The translations under genes were made by a program, and so were the position numbers. DNA of 64,000 bases from Psammoneis japonica (lineage: Eukaryota): the NCBI GenBank assembly GCA_008632985.1, contig QPGO01000081.1, positions 186,001 through 250,000 of the forward strand, given 5' to 3'. The notes beneath the pieces were generated by a model. It did not search any database. It saw nothing but the letters and a program-made list of their open reading frames with translations, and was not told where the DNA came from. Below are positions 45,740-59,210 of the stretch, piece after piece (position 1 is the stretch's first letter; each line of letters opens with the position of its first letter).

Positions 45740-48700
45740 ATGTCAACCCCCGATCCGCAACCAGACGTTGCTGCTTCCGCAAACTTGTTCCCCACAGAAA
45801 TGGAGGTTGTTTCAGATCTGCGACCGGAATTGAAACATCAGAAGACACGGTCCATGGCAGTTTTCTTGTTTGTGAAACAAGAGAATCTGCCAGATGGAGG
45901 GCAGCATTGCATGTCCAGAGTGCCAATCCATTGTTTGCACTGGCAAAAGAGGCTGCAACATTGTCACTTGCCGCAACCATGCTCCGAATGTGCAACTTGT
46001 CTGTGCCCCGAACAAAACACAAGAGAGACGTGGTCGCAAGCATTGGCAAAGAAGAACAGCCAAAACAAAAACAACCCCGATTGATCTCAGCAACAAAAAT
46101 GACAAGGAAGCAATGATGCCATCACCCCCAGTTGACATCAACAGGAAACAAACAGGTGCGGACAGTGGATCTGGTGGGGATCTTGTGTCAGCAACTGAGA
46201 AGATTCCAGAACCCTCTGCAAAGGACAAAGAAGAAAAAGAAGAGAAACCATGTTTGGTGCGGGCATCATCACCCCCAGTCAAGAGCAACAGCAAACAATT
46301 GTGCACAGTCAATGGAGCTGGCTAGGATCTTGTGTCAGCCGCCAACAAGAAAATTGCAGAACATTCTACAAAACAAAACCAAACTTCTGTGTTCACAGTG
46401 CTGCCACACTTCCACCCCGCAACTCTGGCAACAAGCTAACCCACACCCCCAGCACATGACCAGTGCGGCAGGAGCATGTGACAATTGGCTCGAATCGGCA
46501 TCACCCGAAGGTGACGCTGCGCCAAAGCAACTTGCGACAGTTCTTGTGCCACGTGCAGCCAAACGCTTGGCCTCTTTGATGCTCGACTTGAACATGGGTT
46601 TGACCACAGCCAGCCAATTTCGAATGTGATGGGCAGAGTGAGTGAGATGTTCATGAACTGAGTCGAACAGTTGTGCCCTGTCCTTTGCAAGACACTCATC
46701 TGATCTCGAACAAATGGCCCAAACCTCTGCCTCAGTGTCTCTCTGCTGAGACGACTTCCTGGCATCCGAATCGTGGCCGTGAACATCATCGTCATGGGAA
46801 TCCCACAGCTCCCACCATTGCTCCCAAACACAATTGCCAACAGTTGCTGCCCAATCTAAACGTTTCTCTTTGTCTGAAAGATCCTGATGCACTCCACTTG
46901 ACAAAAGGTGAGCACACTGAGTTGCATTCCACTCACGAGAGAAGCATCCGCTGAAGACATGTCTCCATCCGATGGCATCCTGGGAACGGAACAATGCCAC
47001 TACACTCCTGTGAAGACCATCTGAATGCATCAGTTCTTCTTGAAACCAAGACTCAATGGATGAAATGATCAAGTCATGGATGGTTGGTGAAGTGTCAATC
47101 TCGTTGCACTTTTTCCGCAGACCTTGTAAAAACTTTCTGAGCCATTCTTCGTCACAAGGACATCTTAGAATGTGGTCGCGGTCTTCCATTGGGTGCTGGC
47201 AATGAATGCAACAATCAGGTCGTACCGGGTTATGCCGGTGCACGATCTTGTCAGTGGGGAGCAAGTCTTGTGCCAACTTGACAGTGCTCACCTTTCGTCT
47301 GATGTTTCGTGACATTAATTTGGAATGTGCCTCCCAATTGACATGGACTCACACACTAAATCCGACCAGCCACACTTGTCTTTCATGTGCTCAATGAGTG
47401 CAGGACTGGATGCCTCGAAACGGAGGGTCAGTTTGAAGTCCGAATTTACAGTGGTGTGTTGGACAACTAAATTCACCAAACAATGAGGAGTTCTTGGTGC
47501 CACCAGTGTGTTTCCTGAACAGTGACCATGACATCGACTCGCCAACCCATCAGCTCGGACATTCAGTTTGGCTGGCAATGAGAGAGAATCGAAAGGTGCA
47601 TCGTCGTCTTGATGTCCTTTCACCCACTGAACCTTGACACGCGTTCTGGAAGACCCACCGACAGAGACATTTGACATGTCAAGAGTCGATTGATGCATTT
47701 CATGCAGTGAATCCCATTCAGCTGATGGCATGTTCGCCACATGGTGTCGTTGGTGGTAATCGTGGACTCGGTTGGATTCATCCAGATCGTCTGGCAAAGG
47801 TGGCAAGGAAGCAAACTCTGAAGCATGCTGAACCAATGAGCAGTTGTTGCAATGAATGTCCAAGCCTGGAGGGAAAGTCAATTGACAACATTCCATCGTC
47901 CAAAAAATGAATCGCAAAATGGAGAAAATACCGTGCGCTTCTGCCCGGTGCGACGAAGGACGGAAACCAAACACGGGGCCGGCGCAATCAACAAAAGGCA
48001 AGCCAGAAACGGTCAGTGTCCATCCGAAAGTTCCACGGAATTCAATCACCGATCCATCACTGCCTGCAGAAGCACGTGATGATCTGAGACAATCTGCAAT
48101 TTCAAGTGTCGACTTGTGCAGTGAGATGTCTTCGAATGGCGAGGCTTCCCATTGTGGGAGTGACTGCAGCATCATCAAGAAATCGTTCAGATTGGCAGCA
48201 AGTTCAGGAACTGTCACGGGAGACACAGAAGAAGCCAATCTCCACTGGCCATCTTCAGCAGCAGTTGCCATTGCAGGGGCAGCTGATGGAGACAAATCAT
48301 GCAATGTTTCCAACTCGGGTGCAGACTCCACACAGTTGTTTCGCAATGGGAAGACTTGAAAACCTGAATCAGTTTGGATGTGTGAGCATTGTTCATCTGG
48401 TTTGCAGCATGCTGGGTGCGTCATTCGCATGTCCAAAGAAGAAACGACCCACTGTCCCAATGGACCTTTGAGTGTTGTTGCAGACTCCACACACAATGGG
48501 GAACAAAACCTCTTCCATTGTTTCCATGCATGCGCAGACGGGCGCTGTTGTTCCACTGGGTTCAACCTCAATGCTCCGCCAATGAGGGAGCGTTTGCCCT
48601 CCAAGGCACAGCAATCTGGAGACCGACCGTCCGGTGGAGCAACATCCGAAACGGTGAGAACATTTGGATGCAATCTGCAAAAATTAACCCACCTGACCTC

Positions 48701-51700
48701 GCGATCTGCAAAGACACCCGAATCCAAGACCACATCCACAATGTGCTGATCATTGTCCCTCTGCAACGGAAGGATGCCAGTGTTGTCAAAGTCGATGTGC
48801 GCATTCACTCTGGCAAGAAATGATCGCAACGACACAAACCATTTTGACTCAGCATGTGGCAATTTCGAATGCATGTCTCGAAGAAAACTGGCTCCTGCAC
48901 CCAAATGAAATTGCACCCAGGAGACGGTGATGAGAGATGAAGCCTGCGGTTGTCCCGATCCGCGCCAGTGTCATGAGAACTGTGGCAATTGTGCGACACC
49001 TTGCTCAACATCTAATGAACGAAAGCCTCCACCGCCTGGAGAGCAAGGCCCGAACAACACGTCTTGCTTTGTGTTTCGATTGTATCTGCATTTTGCAACG
49101 ATGATGCGCACAGCCTTTCGTTGAATCTCCAGAAGTTCCTTGGGATGAAAATGAGCATTTGGGAGAATGCAGGTCATTGAAGATAGATGACAGGCGAAAC
49201 AGTGGGTCCATGCCTTGTGTCGATCAAGGGGACATGAGCAAAGGAACATGGCGATGTCATTGCTTTTCTTCTTGAGTGCCGAAAATTGTGTCTTTTGGCT
49301 TCCAATCGGAGCTTTGCAGTTCCCCAAAGTTCCATGTGAAGAGCATGCAGATGGCTGTCTGCTCTGATGAGAAGTGGTTCTGTCGGCAGAAGCAATTTTG
49401 ATGATGAGTTCGTCGTCACAAGGCCGGAGGTGAGGTTCCCCGTCATCTGAAAACATCCATTCGATGGCGTGAAAAGAGCATTTCGGCAGCTCTAATTCGT
49501 GGCCTGCGGCGTTCAAGAGATCACACCACAATTGGTCATCCTCCTGCATTTTGAACGCAAGTTCAAGCATGCAAGGCTGAGGCGACGCTCGAAAATCGTT
49601 GGCTTGTTCAGACGTGTCATCCATGCATCCTCGGTTGAACATTCTCATGGCCGTGTTCTGTCAGGAGTTTCAAAGAAGGCGCCGTGAGCGTTACGATCAA
49701 AAATGTCAAAAAGACTGTCACACATCTGGCTCCAATCAAAAAAAGATCTGCCACTGCCTTGCCCCGTCCTGAGAATTGGCAACTCTTCAGAATGTGAACA
49801 TGATGTCGGAGACAATCCAAGGACAGTTTTCAACCAACAACAAGCCTCATGAATCGCAGTGTTGGCGACTTGGGTGACCTTCTTGGGCATGCCGTTGCTT
49901 TGGTTCTGGACAGCAACCAGAGCCGGGACATTCCTGTTGCAACATGACGTGCAATCGTCATCGCTGTTGATGGCTGACTTGCATGACACTCGACTGGTCT
50001 CAAGCATCAATTCTTCGAGATAAACAGGAGTCTGGGCATTCTGGAATGGACGAGCACTGTAAACACCGGGGTCACACAACCTTCGATGTTCCATGTTTTG
50101 AGCCAGTGCTCTCCATTTTACACCAGTGACAAGCTGAAAGTCGGCTTCGTAGATGTGAATCACACGCAACCGGTGAATTTTGGTGTTGCTGGGCTCTTTG
50201 AATGTCATGACATTGACTGTGTCCTTCCAACGGTCAAAAGAATGACCCCATTGCAAGGCACAATTCAGAAGATTGAGGCAAATTTGGGTCAAAGTTTGTT
50301 GAATGTTGTCCAAAAGCACACAGTCGGAATCGTCTTCTTGGTTCGACGCAGGGGCGTCCGAATGTTGATGAGGACAATGCGTGACTTTCCAGTGCCCCAA
50401 ATGTAAACCAGAACGCAGGGATGCAGAAGTTGACTCCTTCCAGCTCTTGATCTTGCCCTCTAATTCCACCTCGGTTAAATGTTCTGACACCAAAACAGGG
50501 GATCAACGTTTCAAACAGGCAATCAGTTGAGCTGCAGCATCGTTGAGAGAAGAAGTGTCGCAATCGCCGTCCAGCATGAGTTCCGCCATGATGGTGTCAC
50601 CTTTGAATCCAAGGTCCACAGACAAGGGGGGAACGGCAGGAGGAATGCCATGTGCCTGCCCAAAATGCTTCTGGTTTCGCACACAAAGAGCAGTCGCAAA
50701 GTCTTCTGGAGCGTCGAGTGTCATCCAATCATCGCATTCCTTGGGATGCACATTCGGGTTCCGAGGGACTTGAACGCCATCAATGCCGGTGTCCCATTCA
50801 GCCTTGCACGATTTGATCTTCTTGAAAAGTCCAACCATTTCTTCTGCTTTTCGCACATTGCGAACAATCGAAGCTTGTTTTCAGGACTGTTTGGTCCCTT
50901 CCAAATCGAGAGCTGCAATTTTGGCTGACATTTCCCGTTCACGATGCACGACACCATCCGCAGCGATCTTCTTGCAATCTGTTTGAGCTTCTTGCAGTGC
51001 TGCTTGGCATTCTTGCAATGTTTTGGGAATGACAAAAGATCCTTTGAGGTCATCCCAAATCCGCTGAATCTGGGGTGCGTAATTGATCTTGGTGCGCATC
51101 ATGGAAACTGTGCGAGAGAAAATGTAAACACGATGACGAAGGTCCGCCAACTCCACAGACCAGTCGGGTTCACGATGACGCCTGCAACATTTGGCCGCCG
51201 CTGAAGAAAACTGCAACAAATCGCGATCTAATCTCTCTGCCAAGTCATGATTGGGTTCACTGAGTGCCAGGAGCTGCGCAGATCTTTCCAACACGAATCG
51301 ACTCTCCAACACAGGGCCAATGGCTTTCAAGTGCACCGTGACTTGAGGTTCAGATGATGCTTGGATGTCTCGAAAGCATGCTTTGGGAAGATTGACCGCA
51401 GGGTTTCCAAACAATGCTGTTGTGTCAAAGTCAACGTAGTGCGCCCGGTGGTCAGAAGCAATGTGATGCCCAAAGGCTTTGCACCCTCCCAGTCTGACAG
51501 CAGACAAAGCTCCCGGCGAAACTGGAACAAAATCGAGGCGTTTTGATCCGCGTGTGTGTGTGGAGAAGTCAGTGTCTCCAATTGCATTGAAGAAGATGTC
51601 AGACAAATTGAACCGTTGCGCCAAACTCGCCAAAGAATCCGCATCAAATTCGAAATCCGTGCTAAAATCGCCGAACAAGATCACTTCTCTGTTGGATTCA

Positions 51701-54700
51701 GCCATGAATTCTTGGAGAATCCGAGATGAATCAGCACAAAAGGCTTTGCGTGGGTCCACTGCTTTAGCTCCATTCTGTCAAAGGAGACATTGTTGCTGAG
51801 CGAATGCGGCAGTTTTCCCTGGTTGGCGCTGGTTTTTGGCGCAAACTCTGTGGCATGAAACGAACACAACTTGTCGCCCATTGCGGCCGTCGAATGCTTG
51901 AATGGACCATCGCCCGAGGGAATCGGAAAGTTGTGACTGGTGCCGTGCAGACACAGCATTGCAGGAAAAGAGAGCGGTTCCGCCAGGTTTGCATTGCATT
52001 GAGAAGGGGGTGGAGCTGGTGGAGAAAGTGCCTCGGCTGTGTGGCAGCGAATTGGAAACTGCAGACCTGCGTGCTGAGAGAATGTCAAATTGTGTCGTGT
52101 CCAAACACACCTCCAATGTGCCAACAATGACGGCTTGGATTTCATTGGCCACCTGGCAGCATTCGTTGATGTTGCCACCGTGCTTGTCGAACTTGCATCC
52201 ATTGGCATTGAAGGCGCACTGTCATGTGTGGTGTGATGACTTGGGGTGAAGGCTGTCACCGATGGGTTCATTGGTTTTTAGACGCGAGAAATCTGTGCGT
52301 TGATCAGCCGGCGGATGGCAACTTTGTCCATTTAAAAGGGATTGCCATGCAGACACGTTTGCAGGAGAAGGGTTGCTGCTCATGATTGGGCCATGCTCCT
52401 CCGAAGAGAAGACTGGGGCTTGCAGCAAGGAAGTGGATTGGAGCCGCAGTTGAGAAAGAAAGGTCTGCACTTGCCAGTGCGTCAGAAAACCCAAGCAAGG
52501 GACAGGGAGGATGTGCACTGATGAATGTCGGGAGGGCGCCCAATGGTTTGTGGAGATGGGGGTGGCAAGATCCATCTCCATGCTAAAAATCCGAGTCTTT
52601 CCCATCGTCACTGCGGTCGGGAGTCTGGTTTTGGTTTTGTCGTTTTCTCGCAGGACTGGCGGAAGAAACTGACTGAGATGCTTGGAGCAACTGGATGATC
52701 TCGTTCATCTGATCTTGCATGCCTGACAGTTTCTCCGCATGTTGTGATTGCATGTTTTGCACTTCATTGGCATGTTCATCTCGCAGTTCACGAAGGGCCT
52801 TTTCATGACTGGTTTGCATTTGGGTCATGGCACACTGGACCTTGGCAAACTGAACGGAGGCAATCGATGAACTCGATGAGGATTGAGCGATTTGAGCGCA
52901 AGACGCTTGCGGAGACGTGATGCCAGGATGTCCAGTGAGACCAAAGTTTGGAGATTGAAATGATGGTGGGTTTGTAAATGTCTGAGGAGGAATGGGACGA
53001 GCTGCTGATTCACCGCGACCGGGAAGAGTGGTCCGACTGTAACCTCTGCCAGGCAAAGGAGTGGGAAGGCGAGCAGGGCGAGGAGCATCTTGGTTGGTCA
53101 AGGGAGACACATCTGAGAAGGTGAGGGACTCCAAGCTGTGGATGCTGGCAGACATGATGGACTTGCTTGCATCAGAAGCTTCGTCAAAAACCCCAGGCAC
53201 TTGAGGAAGATCATCAAATGGAGGGGACGGATGGGACTCTTTCAGAAGATTTGGGATTTCATTCAAAATGCATGCAGAAATCTCCGCTCGGGCCTTTTTA
53301 AAATGGTTTTGATGGACCAAAATGTTGTGTCTCCCGGTGGATGTCATGTTGGGGGAAGGAAAAATGTTGATCACACCTTCAATCGCTTTGATGTGGTTTT
53401 CCAAAAAGAACATCACATCCACAGAAGCACACAATGACGGCACAACAAAGGTGTTGTTGTTGCGTTGGGCTTGCGTTTTAACTGCGTTGTAGAAGGCGAG
53501 TGGAGACAGATGTCGAGTTTTTGCCATGAGGACGTGGGTTGGAAGTTTCTCGGAAGCATGTGACAAAGTTTTCGCCGCAGTGCGGTGATCATCTTGTTGG
53601 ACTTCGACAGAAAAGGTGACTGCACAGATGGGGACTGATTTTTTGTTGTCATCTGCTCGGACGGAAGTGGGGACTAGTCGGAACTTTGGCATCTTGGTTT
53701 TTAAATCCCCAAGGTCTTTGATGAACAACTCAGTCACAGCGTCGACAGGAGTGTGCTTTGAAGCGGCAGCAATGAAACATGCTGGACTGGCCATGTCGAT
53801 GACAGACTCATTCCAACAGTGACGTTTCAAACCAGTGTTGTTTGCCTCCAAAATACTTTGAATGTTGGGATGAGAATGAACATCGCAAAGGGGAACTTTC
53901 GCAAGGATACGATGACATGAACGGTGTGTGACCGGACGATTCTCACCACTCCAAGCAGTGGAGATCTGAAAATGACGTTCGTGCTGGAGAGTCGACACCC
54001 ATTCGGCAATGTCCACATTTGTGATTCTGGTGTTGTAGTTGTCCAAAATCTGAACTTCGTTGTGAAAAGTAAAAAGGATCTGACTGAGAATTTGAAGATG
54101 GGAGGTGACGAGGGCCATGGGCTCACAAGTCGCTTCTGGACCACGAATGTCAAAACGAACAGTTGTCTCTTCAAACTGTCGTTCTTTTGGTTTGGAAGAA
54201 GGTTTGAGGGATGCCAGGTCGACAGCAATGTCGTCAGCGGCGGTGGCATCTTTTTTGCATCAGCAGCATTGCCACCGGCAGTGGCGGAAGACGACGCCAT
54301 GGTGGTCGGTGTTTCTACGGTGAGCCTGGTGTTGAAACACGCAGGTAAATTCAATGCCAACAAATGCAGAAAAGTGCAGAACATTCTACAAAGGATGCAG
54401 AAGAAAAGGAAGAGAATCCACCTTTGGTGCAGACAGAGGCCATGGTTGTAGAATGGCTTGACAAACTGGAGCAGCATTTCAGAGATCATCCTGGAAGAAG
54501 CAGCCAAAACGTCACCATGTGCATTCTCAAAAGACATGATGTGGAGCATTGCAAGCAGGCTGATGAAGAATTGGCAGAGAGCACAGGAATGCCCGGTGCC
54601 ATTTTGGCATTCATTGATCCTGGTCCAGGAACAGAAGTGGACACGATGTGGCTGCTGGGGATTGTGACAGATGGGTGGGATTTCCTCCCGACAAGCAATG

Positions 54701-55400
54701 GAGAGAAAAAATTCACAGACAAGCCCAGGTTTACAGGGGACTTGCATCTGGCTCTGTGTGATCTGTGTGATGTGTTCCATTTTGAGGAAGAATGTGATTG
54801 GGTTTGCGCAAGCTGTGTTGAAGACACAGAGAAGTTCAACCCATTGCCTGGCCCATTCACAGGGCCAACATCAGCTCCTGTCATTGACCGAATCAAAGCC
54901 ATTGTGAAAAGAGAGTGGCAGACTGCCACAGCAGCTTTGTCTCCTCGTTGTGTGGCACTGATTGTGTGAGCGGCATGCCAGCTGTAACTCGGTCCATTGG
55001 AGATGCCAATTTAGCACCAGCTCTTCCCGTGGTGTTGATGGATGGAACTGAGTTGACGAATCTCTGTGGGCATTTGCTGAGTGTTGAAGCATGTCAACAT
55101 GGTCTCTCAAGCTGTGCAACAAAAGTGTGATTCCAGTCACAGCATCAATTGGGAAGAAGGAGGAGCATTTCAGGAAGCGGCCCAGATGCTCACCCAAGAA
55201 GCCTGCATTCATGGAAGCACAGAGACAATGTCAGAGTCTGTGTCATCACAACAGAACAGATTTGTGTTTCAAATGCATGGAGGGCATTCTTCTGTCACTT
55301 CACCAGAGCCCTTCATGCACCACAACTGTTCTTGCTCTACTCTGGTGCACATGATGGGCAAGTGGACCAAATTCTTGGAGCAGACTGAGTTGCAGCTCTG
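45740..55400 (+). pseudogene. Degenerate unknown ORF split by the LINE insertion (45740-46372 joins 54393-~55400)
   Basis: Its internal repeat DLVSATEKIPEPSAKDKEEKEEKPCLV is matched by DLVSAANKKIAEHSTK|DAEEKEENPPLV once the LINE is removed. Confidence 0.6.
46373..54367 (-). mobile_element. Apparently full-length degenerate non-LTR retrotransposon (ORF1; APE-RT-RNase H-Cys/His), resembling diatom Ambal-type LINEs
   Basis: APE: ILFGDF, THTRGSKRLDF, SDHRAHYVDF. RT: SGLHLGHWK, LRVIHIYEADF, TGQGSG, GCMDD, LELPKC. RNase H: SDGSV, SSHRAEAHG, WVKGHQD, LNVRADGLA. CxxC..EDRDHILRC. Flanking 25-bp direct repeat (24/25) at 46348-46372 and 54368-54392. Confidence 0.92.
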
Positions 55401-55483
55401 AGAATCGGGCTGTCAAAACATCGACATCATCTCTTGAAGAGTGTTGTGCCAGAGCTCCAGTGCAACTGCTTCGTTGTTCTCAT

Positions 55484-55567
55484 TCTCTTGTCATTTGTCT
55501 CCTTGGCTTTGTGTTGCATCATGGGTCTCTTGTCATTCATCTCCTTGGCTTTGTGTTGCATCATGGG
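55484..55567. repeat. 42-bp tandem duplication (a second short duplication lies at ~55696-55783)
   Basis: tctcttgtcatt(tg/ca)tctccttggctttgtgttgcatcatggg twice. Confidence 0.9.
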
Positions 55568-57009
55568 AAGAATCCACCCTGTGGAGGATCTGCTGCAGGC
55601 CAATGACACAGGAAACAAGAGCCAACTTGACACCAAGACAGACAATGGCATCATCAACACAAGACCCATTTCATGGCTGCACTCTGTTCCCAATCATGGC
55701 TGGCCTCCTGCCTGACAACTGCGCATGACCTCTTTTTATCGCCACAAAATGGCTGGCCTCCTGACAACTGTGTGTGACCTCTTTAACCTCATGTGTGGGC
55801 AAAGCAACCCACAAAAACTAATCACAAGCAACACAATTTTATTTTTACAACATTTGCGTCTTTGAGATCAATTGAACTTGCGCACAACAACTGACCCCTT
55901 GCTCGCACAACTGCGCCAACTGCATGACACCCATTTTCTCATCTGGTGGAACAGACAAAAGCAAGATGGAAGCTCCATTTGTCATTTTTTTCATCCTGTG
56001 GGATTGCAGCATCAATGTGATTTGTGCTTTTTTAATCACAACATGCAGGCTCAACTGTCTCCAAATCAACAACATCAAAGTGGAGCCACCCCAGTCACTT
56101 CATCACAGCCTCAAAAGATCCCTTGGATCCAAATCATTGCTCTGCTCAGCTGTCAGATGTTTTTGATGTCCTCATCTCAAATCTCTCCATCAGATGAAAA
56201 TTGTGGTGCAAATGATGACAGTGGGGACTGCACTCATGTCCAGGAGATCAAATGCAATGGAGACCACTTTGAGCTTGACAAATTTGACTGCTGTGCTCCA
56301 GCTTGCATGAGTGACAGAGCTTGTGAAGGCCTGTGAACAGACTGCATTGGATCAACCTTGTGTGTCTGTCATGATCACCCTCTGTGTAAAAACAAGCCCT
56401 CCAGTCTAACTCCCATTCTTGTGAAGCCCACACCAATTTGGCCAGATTGCTTGCTGATGGCCAAGAGGCACTTGTTAGCTTCACAGGCTTGACCTCCTGC
56501 ACAGGTGACAACCATGACATTTTGGCATCATCCAAGATCAACAGTGAGTGAGGCTTGTGTGACTGGGATGTCCAATGAATTGTTGTTTTGCATGTTGCAT
56601 TTACAGAACATGGGCAAGTTGCCATTTCAAGACACCCATGTTCTTGTGCGCATGTTGGGCATCTGTGTTTGGAGAATGGCCAGAAATGGCAGAGGCTTGA
56701 GAGTCAAAGGAAAGAGAACACTGCTCTTTGCATTGCATGTCACACACATTTTGCATCAATGGCTTCCTGGGAGAGAACTGCAACAAGTTGTCATTGGATT
56801 GCAAAAACTGAAACTGAGTGGTTTGGCTTTAGGATTTTTCCCCATTGAAAGCATTTGTGTGACACTTGAAGGTGGCTTCATTTGATTGCATGGATGTTTG
56901 CATCACTTGGAGGCGGCTTGTCAAACCAAAGATGATGTGAAACACTCTTTTACATCAATGTTGCAGTTTTGTCACTTCATTGCATGATGTGCAGATTGTT
57001 GCATTGAGA

Positions 57010-59210
57010 AAAACAAAACAAACCCAATTTAAAGTGCTGTCACACCTTTGCCCAGCAACACCGGCACCAGCTGACCCACACCTCTGGCACACCTCAATGT
57101 GGGTGCAGCAGAAGTAAATGCGATTAGCCTGAAGCAGCGTCTCCCTGAGGAGACACCCGATGGAAGCAACTGGTGATGGTGCGAGTGCCGCAAGTGCCAG
57201 CTTTTTGGCTTCTTTGAGACTTTCTTTCAGTCTAGGTTGGACCATTGAGATCCAATTTTGCACGTGCATTGTTGTGAAATTTTTATGATCTTCCACTGAA
57301 TCAAGCAAAACACCTTGGTCTTTAGCCAGGTGTTCTTGGCGTTTGTTGTGTGCAGCTGTCAATTCAGCCTCAACCTTTCATCGCTGGGACAATTTCCTTG
57401 AATCTGCGTCATGTCCTTGTGCTTGATGGTTGTGCTCTTCCCACAGTCCCCACCACTGTTTCCACATGAACAAGCCAATCTGAGCTGTCCAATTCGGGGG
57501 CTGTTTGTTCTCTTCTTGGCACTGATGAAGAATGCTGGAGTCCCGCAAACACCCGGACTGGATCACATTCCAAAGAGCAGAGTGCCTTCCACTGAACACT
57601 TGACGCCACCACCTGATGTCTGATTGAGCACACCAAAGGGCTCTGCAGCAACAACCCAAATCTTCTGGGCACATCATCATCTTGCCATTGAACCATGCTT
57701 GAATGGACTCCAACAAGAAATCTCATGGCATCGGCATTGCATCAATCTCATTGCAATGATGCCGCAATCCTTGCAAAAATTGCCTGCACCAGGGTTCGTC
57801 ATGGGGGCACCGCAGGATGTGATGTCTGTCCTCCATTGGATGCTCACAGAGAAGGCAATGGTGAGGTCAAATGGAATCACATCGGTTGACCATCTTGTTG
57901 GTGGGAAGAAGATCATGTGCCAGCTTGACTGTTCCAACATGTTGCTTGGAATGCCTTTTGATGAGAATTGCATGAGCTCCCCAGTCTGTCAGATCGATCA
58001 CTTCTGGATGCCACTGGCTTCACTCGAGAATGCATTCTAACAGTTGCGGCGCAGCAGCAGCGCATCTGACATGCCTTTTATGGCCTGCTGTCAATGTGCC
58101 ATCCTGCAGGCTCAAATGCGAGTGACAATGAGGGAACGGTGAGACCATTGAAGCATCTTAATCACAATGTCCTTGGTGGGTGCTGGCTGTCCTGTCAGCT
58201 TGTATGTTGACTCTCACGTTGAGTGGAAGTGTGTGAACTGGAGCATGTTGGTCTTGATGTCCTTTAACCCACTGTGCTGGCAGCAGAGATGAGGATGCAT
58301 TGGACTCACTGAATTCCTCCATTGCCATGCAAGAGTGCAATGTCTTGTTCACAACGTCCAAATCTGAGGCAAGGGCACCAGCTCCATGGTGGCAGACATG
58401 AAAATCTTGGGCATCATTGGATTGCCCCCCAGGAGCCGGAGCCGGCAGGTTCAGAGTGATCTGTTGCAAGCAAAACACCACTGCCTTGTCATTGCAATGC
58501 ACACCCAAATCCAGAAACTTGCTGACTTGGCAACACTCAACAAATCTGCAAATGAAGTGGCAAATTGAGAGGATCCCACATGCTTTGGCTTGGCAAGATG
58601 AGGGACATCTTCCAAAAACTGGTCCGGCACAATCTGCCAACGGGGTTCCTGCTGACGCAATCGTCCAAGCGAAAGTGGCTCCTTCATTGACAGACCCATC
58701 ACTCCCTGCAGTCAATGTCAAGGACAAAAAATGTTGAACCAGTGTGTCCAGGGGGACATGAAACTCAAGGTCTTTGAACAATGTTGACTCCCATTGTGGC
58801 AAGGATTGCAGCATGTCTTGAAAAGTGTCCCCGGAATCCCAGAAATCTGTGGATCAGATGAGGCAGTGTGTGGGATGTCGAACATCCATCAACCGTCTTC
58901 TGTTGTGGAGAGTTCAACTGGAAATGATTCTTCAGACAGGACTGGCACTGTTTGCAATTCCACAATGGTGTGTCCATTCTGGTGCCATTTGCTTGTAACA
59001 TGTTGCACCCTGAAGGAGACCGAATGCACAAACAATCCTCTGATGGAGAAAACATGCGGCTGCTTGCATGCACATCTTGGATGGCGGTGCCAGCCAATTG
59101 CCAAGGGGCTCTTTCAGTGTCTGTGATCTTGGTCTGCACAAAGACACACAAAACTTCTTCCAAGTGTTCTCCACACCCCTGGACCTGGTTCATGTTGCTC
59201 GACGTCATTC
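57010..59210 (-). mobile_element. 5'-truncated, more decayed copy of a related LINE (RNase H to 3' end)
   Basis: LQSLPQWES, GSDGSV, SSCQAKACG, WVKGHQD, NWISMVQPRLKESLKEAKKLA parallel the 46373-48500 part of the full element; similar 3'UTR. Confidence 0.88.
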
